A stretch of DNA of 24,696 nt from the IMG/VR virus record IMGVR_UViG_3300044620_001082, positions 1-24,696 of that record; one strand, 5' to 3'. The DNA is from a virus. Lineage: Duplodnaviria > Caudoviricetes. The notes beneath the pieces are model-generated. The model did not search any database. It saw only the letters and a program-made list of their open reading frames with translations, and was not told the origin of the DNA. Below are positions 8,310-15,477 of this stretch, piece by piece. The translations under genes were made by a program, and so were the position numbers. Within the stretch, counting starts at the first letter, position 1. Each line of letters begins with the position of its first letter.

Positions 8310-8656
8310 TCAAGACCCCTAGCAACAGACTTGACTACAGCACTAATTGCATCTATTGCGTCCTCATCTAGGTAATCCATGTCCTCGATAACTAAAGACT
8401 TTGTTTCCTGTTGCAGAGAAACACCGTAGTAATCAAGTACTGGCTCAAGAAAAGACTTAGCCCCCATCAGGGCGTCGTCGTCGCCAGTAATTACAAGGTT
8501 TACCTTATTCTTGCCACCATCAGATGAATCTATGACTTCCGTCAAAAGCTCTAAGGCTTGTCTCAGTTTGCCCATATTTCTATTGCTTATAACGCGACCA
8601 CTCTTGACATCAATGTCGGTTCCACGCGGTGTTGAAAGAATAATTTTAGTTTCCAT
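8297..8656 (-). CDS. Head accessory protein (119 aa; start re-called to METKII) with KSGRVISNRN motif
   Basis: TAATG overlap with the protease stop. K[AS]GR.[IL]S..N...L..A...L..V resembles a motif recalled from the C-terminal part of many HK97-type prohead proteases. The C-terminal half resembles a segment of the 956-aa protease. Confidence 0.8.
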   Translation of the reverse strand: METKIILSTPRGTDIDVKSGRVISNRNMGKLRQALELLTEVIDSSDGGKNKVNLVITGDDDALMGAKSFLEPVLDYYGVSLQQETKSLVIEDMDYLDEDAIDAISAVVKSVARGLDLKA

Positions 8657-11526
8657 TATCGCCTGTTCCCATAATCTCTCCACAACTGTTGAAGTCTGTT
8701 TAAGTCAGCTGTTGATATTTGACCATTGTCAAAGCGCTCTAAAATGCTCTGCACTATCTGAAATCCGCGATTTTTCCTAGCCCAATCAATTGATTGATTC
8801 TGCTGTCTAGTGAGAACCCTTTTGCCTATTTTTCCACCTTGTAGCTGCTTAAGCATGTCGTCTAGTCCTTTACCGGATCTAGCCCCAAACTCCTTTGCAG
8901 CGTCGTAGTCAAGTTCATACTGCTCAACACCGCCATCACCCATGTTAAATATGACGCGGTTTGTTTGTGGGTCGTATGCAGCATCCGATATTCGCCTACT
9001 GCCTCGAGTGTCAAACCTCATCAAAGAACTAGGCATTGCTGGCTTGTCTGGATTATCTTGGCCTGATCCAGTCATTGACCCAGATACAGAGCGTTTATTT
9101 TTGCGACTACGAAGATCATCTAAGAAATCTTCTACGGCATTGGCTGGGCGAGGCTCTAAAACTGAGTTTGCGTGGATCCTCTCGGCTTCGCTTTCGCTAA
9201 CTTTATGTTCCTCTGTCCTGCCGTTAATCAACGTAAAACGAGCAGTACCGGAATCTTTGTCGTAAGTAGCATCTTTTAGGACTCTTGAACCACGCGTGTC
9301 AAACGATGGAGTCTTATTATCTTTGCTCCATCCAAACTTTTCTAGGTGTTTTCTAGCCTCTTCACTAAACCCTGAATATTGAGGCTTGGGGCGATTTGAA
9401 ATGGATCCAGATACGCGAGGCGTTTTATCTTTTGGGTTATCACCCTCAGTGCGACGCTTCATAGAGGCAACTCGCATTTCAATTTGCCTAACTTCAGCAC
9501 GTGTCATATTCATGCGTTGCGCTACGTCATCCAGCGACATGCCGTCTTCTGTGCGCATTTTCCATATTGCGTCACCAATTTTCTTAGCTTGACGCATTAC
9601 GCTTTCTGGTGTTGGCTTGCCCCTTGCCATTGAACCAGATGTCCGCGACCCAACTGGAACGGGTCTCCCTGGCCGTGGTCCAGGCGCTGGTGTTGGCGCA
9701 GGGCTAGGAACGGATGGTCTAACTGGTGGGCGAATTGGCTCTCTTGCTGGTTCAGGAACCTTTCGTGGAGGATTCATTGGAGGCATCATGCGAGGCGCCT
9801 TTGGGCGCTCAAATGTAGTTCCCTCTTGCACTAGGCCGTCATCGTCTCCATCAATTGCGTTTGCATCAAAACGACCTGTAGCCATTCTTCCCATGCGTCT
9901 CAGTTTGCGACCAACAGCCTTTTCTTCTAAGAAGTTAATTGCCGTCAATAGCGCCTCGTAGCCTTCTTCCGACATGGAGTCACTGTTCGGGACAACAAGA
10001 CCATCTTCAAGACTCTTTATATCAAATCCATGATATTTAGCTACAGTACTAGCCACCTCTAGCAGCTCATCAAGTTCGCTTTCGGATTGTATAAATAGAT
10101 GAATTCCAGGGTTTTCACTCTTAAACGCATCCCATGATGGCATGTCATCAATGACATATGATTTTCCACCACCACAACCACATCCGCAGTCACCTTTTGC
10201 TGGCTTCATTGCTACTCCGCCAAATACTGATCCAAAGTCATCATCGGCGTCGCCTACATATGCATTTCCTGGCATGTTGCTCGGTTTGCCGACTGGCATA
10301 TAGATTGTCTCTGGTTTGACTGTTTCGGCATTGCCAAACATGAATTCGCCATCTTCGTAGTGATAGCCAACTCGGATTGTCTGCATATCTCCGAAGTCGT
10401 TCATGAGGTCAAATATGACCATGTTTTTGTCTGCTGTACGGATTTTTACTTTGCCGCCAAACCGTTGAGAAACAGCCTTAGCAAGGTCATTAACACGCCC
10501 AAATGCTGGGTTCATTTCTTCATCACCACTGTAGATGCGGGATGCGTCGTAACTAGGGTGGCCTTTCTTCTTTACATTTTGGTATCTCTCAAGGAGGCGC
10601 CGGCCTTTAGCTGCAAGCTCGGCTGCATCGGACGCATTTTTAGGAACTGGTTCACCCCATGCAGCGGCAGCTAGTGCTAGACGAGTTGGCTTGCCATTTT
10701 TGCCAACAAGCGGACCAGATGGGTTTGTGTAAAATCGCGTCAAGAACGAACCCTTGCGACGCATTTTCTCTGGTGTGTCAGCTGGGCCTTTAACGCCAGG
10801 CTTCAGATTTGCGCCTTCCTTCTGCTTAAAGTACTTGCGTCCAGCTGGCGTTAGGCCACCCTTTGGATCCTTAAGATCTGCTGACTTGCCTTCAGGATCA
10901 GAAGGTACGCAATTCGGCACCATCTTGCCGTTCTTGCCCTTCTTCATTCCTACCTGCTGGTAACCAGGCCAACAAGGACTATCTGTCTTGCTTTCTGGAT
11001 CGTCGGATTTGATTGAAATTGTGCCAGTCAGCTGATTGGCGCCGTGGAGAACTGGTGAAACCTCATAGAGTTCAACCTCTTTGAGAAGATTTGCTTGCTG
11101 AACTGGGTCAAATACTGCATCAAGTGTCTTGTAACCAATTGACCACTCTTGCTCTTCACCAAAGAAGGCAACATTATTAAAGGCCTCGCGGCCACGCTCG
11201 GAACGCAAATTAAATTGCACTTTTGCAAAAAGTCCACCGATTCCAGCTCTTTTCATCTTTAGTGGTAGGCGTGGGTCATTAGGTGGCACTTCGTATATTT
11301 CAAGAACTTTGCCGATTGGCTCGTTCCAGTTATGACCCCAAACAACTCTTGGCTTACGTCTTTTTAGACTTGCTCCAAAACAGTTCGGCAGGCAAATATC
11401 GCCAACAGAATCTTTATTGCCGATGCCAGCAACGAAGCATTCAACGATGCCCTGCGCCTCATCAACTCCAATTTGAGCTGGAATTGACTTGTATTCTGTT
11501 GCAAATAGCGATGATTGTTCAGACAT
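8656..11526 (-). CDS. HK97-family prohead (capsid maturation) protease, peptidase S78/U35, with about 780-aa modular C-terminal extension
   Basis: GGAGG SD. The first ~170 aa has GN.DSVGD....F, WGHNWNEPIG (His), EWSIGY (Ser), L.EVELYEVSPVLHGAN. Lies directly downstream of the portal. The extension has CWPGY..VPNCVP, a DUF6321-like module, the DGDDDG tag, a sigma-R4-like HTH and two KTSC-like repeats. Confidence 0.92.
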   Translation of the reverse strand: MSEQSSLFATEYKSIPAQIGVDEAQGIVECFVAGIGNKDSVGDICLPNCFGASLKRRKPRVVWGHNWNEPIGKVLEIYEVPPNDPRLPLKMKRAGIGGLFAKVQFNLRSERGREAFNNVAFFGEEQEWSIGYKTLDAVFDPVQQANLLKEVELYEVSPVLHGANQLTGTISIKSDDPESKTDSPCWPGYQQVGMKKGKNGKMVPNCVPSDPEGKSADLKDPKGGLTPAGRKYFKQKEGANLKPGVKGPADTPEKMRRKGSFLTRFYTNPSGPLVGKNGKPTRLALAAAAWGEPVPKNASDAAELAAKGRRLLERYQNVKKKGHPSYDASRIYSGDEEMNPAFGRVNDLAKAVSQRFGGKVKIRTADKNMVIFDLMNDFGDMQTIRVGYHYEDGEFMFGNAETVKPETIYMPVGKPSNMPGNAYVGDADDDFGSVFGGVAMKPAKGDCGCGCGGGKSYVIDDMPSWDAFKSENPGIHLFIQSESELDELLEVASTVAKYHGFDIKSLEDGLVVPNSDSMSEEGYEALLTAINFLEEKAVGRKLRRMGRMATGRFDANAIDGDDDGLVQEGTTFERPKAPRMMPPMNPPRKVPEPAREPIRPPVRPSVPSPAPTPAPGPRPGRPVPVGSRTSGSMARGKPTPESVMRQAKKIGDAIWKMRTEDGMSLDDVAQRMNMTRAEVRQIEMRVASMKRRTEGDNPKDKTPRVSGSISNRPKPQYSGFSEEARKHLEKFGWSKDNKTPSFDTRGSRVLKDATYDKDSGTARFTLINGRTEEHKVSESEAERIHANSVLEPRPANAVEDFLDDLRSRKNKRSVSGSMTGSGQDNPDKPAMPSSLMRFDTRGSRRISDAAYDPQTNRVIFNMGDGGVEQYELDYDAAKEFGARSGKGLDDMLKQLQGGKIGKRVLTRQQNQSIDWARKNRGFQIVQSILERFDNGQISTADLNRLQQLWRDYGNRR

Positions 11527-11584
11527 TTTTCCTCCGAGTCATAGTAAATAATAACTAAGCAAACACTGGCCTAGCGGAAGTTTG

Positions 11585-11623
11585 TGATGAGTTTTATTAA
11601 AGTCTACTGATGACTTTTATTAA
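11585..11623. repeat. 16-bp imperfect direct repeat in the portal-protease intergenic region
   Basis: TGATGAGTTTTATTAA (11585-11600) and TGATGACTTTTATTAA (11608-11623): 15/16 identical, 23-bp period. Confidence 0.75.
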
Positions 11624-13860
11624 TCTCTGTCAAAACGCAACTTACATCTGCAGTTGATGGTCAAATGTGGTGGTGCAGTGGGATCTCCTGGGAAGCGGAG
11701 CGTATTGTTCCCGACCTCAAATTCTTCAAGCAAATCAATTTTCTTGCCCTGAAGTATTAGATGTTCTGGTCGTACCCGCGTATCTTTGCGTGTAACCCAA
11801 GTCTTCGTAATCCCACCAACTTGCTTTCCAGCAAAGTATGTTCCTGCGTTAAAAGCTGTTTGAGACTCGTGTTCGGCAATGGTTCTACGACGTTTCATAA
11901 GAAGATTAATAAATATTGCCGCAAGAGCTGCTTTGAGCATGCCTGAGCGATCCTCATCTTCTGACAGCGCCAGCGCTATAAGGATTGCAGCTGCGATTTC
12001 TTCTTTTGTCGTCGCATTGATCTTCTGCATACGCTTTATCTGTTCATCAAGATATTCATTAACTTCTTCATCATCGAGCTCAGCAGGCATGTTGGCCTTT
12101 TGCGAAGCCAAAGATGCTGCATCAGAAATTATTCCTTGAATGACAGGGCGCATGTCGTCTGATAGTTGCTTGTCCCATACTTCTGAGTCAAAGATTGCAT
12201 CTATGTCCAGAGATCCAGACTGCAGACCTTTCTTGGCCTTTGTTCCACTTGATTTCTCCACAACAACGCGCTGTTGACGCTCAATAAATCGCTCAAGACC
12301 ACGATCAAGAATTTCTGCCCACCTGTTTGAGCTTTCGTCAGCCTTAACTTCCCACTCGTCGTCCATTTTATTTTCAGACTTAAACTGCATACCACCGTCG
12401 TATGCCGACAACAGTCCCTCTGGGGCTGGAGGCATCGCTGTGTCAATTTGTGGCGCACCAGCTTCCGCTGCAAGAGCTGCGGTCATACCCTCTTGTGGCA
12501 TAGGTGGCACACCTGCTTGGCCAGCTAATGGCTGAGGAGCTGTAACCATCTGCTCAGTTCCTGGAACCATTCCTGGTATTGCGCCAGGAGCTCCCATCAT
12601 GTCAATTTGCTGTTGCTGCGTTGAATCAAATGGCTTATTCGTATAACCAATTGGTGTCAGGTTTGGATTGGCAAGCATTGCATCCATTAAGTCGGAATCA
12701 ACTGCTTTCTTACCAGTTCCTTTGCGATATTCGTTACCACTTATGAGTCCATTTTGGAACTCGTCAAGCAAGTAACGCTCACGTTCCTGCTTGTAAAGAA
12801 TTAGTACAGGAACATCTGATGTATCAAAGTCAATGTAGTATTGCTCATCAAGCTCGTCTAGTCCGCGTGCTAGAGAGTCAAGATGTGGAAGCATTGTTTC
12901 GTTCCAAAAAACGCGCAATTCTTCATTTGCGTTATTGAATGTACGGCCAGCTGCATTGCCTATAACCGACTCGGGGACACCGAATGCCGCAAGGATTTCT
13001 TCTTTTGTGATTTGGCGCATCTGTATGTAGTTAGCGTCTCGCGGCGATGACCCAGTGTCCACGAAGTCAACACCCTCGTCGGAGGAAAGTACAGTTACAG
13101 CTCCAGCCCTATTGAGGTTGCCACGGAATCGGTTTCTAATTTCGTCTTTATCGTCATCATCAACTTCTCCACGCAAGACTATTAATCCACCTGGGCGACC
13201 ATCATTAAGCAAAAAGTTTCTGTTATACACCTTCGCTAAGTTTTCAATCTCAATTGCTATGCCAGCAGCTTCCATTGGCGTAAGTGACAGATATGGATCT
13301 AGCGGGTGTGGGCGCCTAACCCAAATTACGTCCTGAGGTTTCAGTATGACTTTTGTGCCGTTGCGCATGTCAACTTCAAAGCCAGATACAAATGTCCTAG
13401 GATCTGGTATTGGTGCCGTGTGTTGTGGTGGTAACAACTGAAGAGCAATTACTTTTCCATTACGTCCGCGCACCTTTTCAATGAAAGCGCCACGGCTTGA
13501 CATTAAAAGTTGTGATGAAAGCCTGTATCTGAATATGAACGAGTTTTCGCCCATGTTCGCTTTCGTGTTAAGTATTTTGAGTAGGTCGTTATCGCTACTG
13601 CGCAAAATCTGACCATCTGGCGAATTGTTCTTCCGCAACATGGCTGGAAGTCGTGCCTGGTTGCCGGCGATAGCGTCAATGCAGCGATTAACCCATGTTA
13701 CTTTTTGAAAGCCTTCGCGGTATGCGCGCTCAATGTCCCACGAGTCCTTGTATGGCTTTCCAGCAAGACCAGGATTAAAGGCAATTGGTGCGCCAGGGGT
13801 CAGAATTGACTTGGCCTCTGGTGAATACAAAGACTTATTATTAGACGAGTTCCAAGGCAT
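11620..13860 (-). CDS. HK97-family portal protein fused to a C-terminal Mu gpF / SPP1 gp7-like minor head domain
   Basis: Portal motifs WVNRCIDAIA...ARLP, NFLLNDGRPGGLI, DANYIQMRQITKEEILAAFGVPESVIG, then a P/Q/A/G/M-rich linker, then the MuF signature KTWVTRKDTRVRPEH...G.....F......LRFPGDP......INCRC. Confidence 0.93.
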   Translation of the reverse strand: MPWNSSNNKSLYSPEAKSILTPGAPIAFNPGLAGKPYKDSWDIERAYREGFQKVTWVNRCIDAIAGNQARLPAMLRKNNSPDGQILRSSDNDLLKILNTKANMGENSFIFRYRLSSQLLMSSRGAFIEKVRGRNGKVIALQLLPPQHTAPIPDPRTFVSGFEVDMRNGTKVILKPQDVIWVRRPHPLDPYLSLTPMEAAGIAIEIENLAKVYNRNFLLNDGRPGGLIVLRGEVDDDDKDEIRNRFRGNLNRAGAVTVLSSDEGVDFVDTGSSPRDANYIQMRQITKEEILAAFGVPESVIGNAAGRTFNNANEELRVFWNETMLPHLDSLARGLDELDEQYYIDFDTSDVPVLILYKQERERYLLDEFQNGLISGNEYRKGTGKKAVDSDLMDAMLANPNLTPIGYTNKPFDSTQQQQIDMMGAPGAIPGMVPGTEQMVTAPQPLAGQAGVPPMPQEGMTAALAAEAGAPQIDTAMPPAPEGLLSAYDGGMQFKSENKMDDEWEVKADESSNRWAEILDRGLERFIERQQRVVVEKSSGTKAKKGLQSGSLDIDAIFDSEVWDKQLSDDMRPVIQGIISDAASLASQKANMPAELDDEEVNEYLDEQIKRMQKINATTKEEIAAAILIALALSEDEDRSGMLKAALAAIFINLLMKRRRTIAEHESQTAFNAGTYFAGKQVGGITKTWVTRKDTRVRPEHLILQGKKIDLLEEFEVGNNTLRFPGDPTAPPHLTINCRCKLRFDRD

Positions 13861-13872
13861 CTTTACTCATTT

Positions 13873-14079
13873 TTACTCTAGTCCCAGAAGGACGCCAAAA
13901 AGACCGCACGTAACGCCAGCGATGAGAAAACCCACCGCTGGAGCTATCATAAAACCGCCAATTGATGTCATAATTATAAATGAAAACATCATTGTATTGG
14001 CGGTTGAGCGCCTATTAATGCGCCCACGAAAAACCGCCAATAACGATCTGCGTTTTTGTTTGTCACCGTTTGTAGCCAT
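13873..14079 (-). CDS. Small membrane protein upstream of the portal
   Basis: Basic N-terminus plus a hydrophobic ~38-aa C-terminus (two short TM segments); such genes commonly precede HK97-type portals. Confidence 0.75.
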   Translation of the reverse strand: MATNGDKQKRRSLLAVFRGRINRRSTANTMMFSFIIMTSIGGFMIAPAVGFLIAGVTCGLFGVLLGLE

Positions 14080-14145
14080 ATTTTCCTATACAACCATAGC
14101 CGATAAAGGCATACTAGTGTATAAGCATACGAAGTGAGCGGGTTT

Positions 14146-15450
14146 ATGACTGATTGGAACAAAGTTCTTGAATATTTGCAGCCAAAGGTTCCTCCATACT
14201 GCCCCGAGGAAGCTTCCATTACCCAAAAAGTATTTCTTAGAACATACGGACTAGAGGCTCTGTTTGGCGGAGCTGCCGGTGGTGGCAAATCATCCGCACT
14301 TCTGATGTCGGCTCTTCAATATGTTGATGTCCCTGGATACTCGGCAATTCTTTTCCGTAGAACATACGCAGATTTGTCCCTCCCTGGAGCCCTGATGGAT
14401 CGTTTTAGGGAATGGATGAAGAATTATGACGAAGTTAGTTGGAATAATAATAGCTACACAGCTACATTTCCTTCAGGTGCAAGAATTTCTTTCGGATATT
14501 TGAATAATACAAATGACTATTTACGCTATAAAGGTTCCGAGTTCCAGTTCATAGGAATGGACGAAGTTACTGAAATCCGCGAACAGGACTATCGCTACCT
14601 TTTCTCCCGTTTAAGACGCCCAGCCAACGGAGAGCTGGCAACCGTTCCGTTGAGAATGAGATGCGCCTCAAACCCCGCTCCGAACTGGGTTAGGCAGAGA
14701 TTCATAGTTGAAGGAACTGAGTCTGGCCGAATATTTGTCCCATCCTTGCTCACCGACAACCCGGGAATTGATGCCGCCTCATACCGTTTGGCACTGGCTG
14801 CCCTTGATCCAGTTGAGAGAAGGCGGCTCGAAGAAGGCGATTGGTGGAGCACAACTCTGGGAACGCTCTTTGATAGGACTTCTTTTGTGCTTATTGATCC
14901 TGTTGAGGTTCCTCAAGTTACTGGCTCCGCTAGGGCGGTTAGATTTTGGGACTTGGCGGCGACCGAGCCGTCATCAACAAACCCAGATCCAGACTGGACA
15001 GTTGGCACATTGATGCTCTTTGACCAAGGCATTGCCTATGTTCTTGATGTCAGAAAAGCGCGTGTCAAAGGAGACAAGGTAGAACACCTAATTGCGCAAA
15101 CAGCCGTAGAAGATGGGCATGCTGTGGCAATCAGAATGGAGCAGGAGCCCGGTTCTTCCGGAAAGGCTTTGGTGGATCAATATGCTAGATATATTCTTCC
15201 TGGCTATGATTTCGGTGGAATAAGGTCAACTGGGGACAAGTTGACTAGAGCACGTCCATTTGCAGCTGCCGTAGCTAACGGAAATGTTCGCGTTGTTAGA
15301 GGATCGTGGTTAACAGACTGGCTAGATGAGTTTTCTTCATTCCCAGAGGCATGTAATCACGACGACCAAGTTGACTCTGCAGTAAGTGCATTTACACATT
15401 TAGCTGGATTGGGCTTGCCACAACGCAGGCCACTTGCTATTTTGGTCTAA
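14146..15450 (+). CDS. terL: Terminase large subunit (Terminase_6-like ATPase plus RNase H-fold nuclease)
   Basis: Walker A GGAAGGGKSS, Walker B FIGMDE, coupling motif ASNP, nuclease FWDLAAT and HDDQVDS. ATG at 14146 (MTDWNK) preferred; GTG at 14134 is possible. Confidence 0.95.
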   Translation: MTDWNKVLEYLQPKVPPYCPEEASITQKVFLRTYGLEALFGGAAGGGKSSALLMSALQYVDVPGYSAILFRRTYADLSLPGALMDRFREWMKNYDEVSWNNNSYTATFPSGARISFGYLNNTNDYLRYKGSEFQFIGMDEVTEIREQDYRYLFSRLRRPANGELATVPLRMRCASNPAPNWVRQRFIVEGTESGRIFVPSLLTDNPGIDAASYRLALAALDPVERRRLEEGDWWSTTLGTLFDRTSFVLIDPVEVPQVTGSARAVRFWDLAATEPSSTNPDPDWTVGTLMLFDQGIAYVLDVRKARVKGDKVEHLIAQTAVEDGHAVAIRMEQEPGSSGKALVDQYARYILPGYDFGGIRSTGDKLTRARPFAAAVANGNVRVVRGSWLTDWLDEFSSFPEACNHDDQVDSAVSAFTHLAGLGLPQRRPLAILV

Positions 15451-15477
15451 CAACACTAACTACTGCTAGGAGAACAA

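Noticed and set aside
601-14137. Many plus-strand ORFs in the track (e.g. 2607-3032, 3711-4025, 7885-8211, 9617-9961)
   Set aside because: Antisense shadows of long, coupled minus-strand genes; no recognisable motifs.
962-15450. Inteins explaining the long protease, portal or 1444-aa protein
   Set aside because: No N-terminal C/S block with a C-terminal HN-[CST] splice junction and no LAGLIDADG motifs seen; TerL is of normal length.
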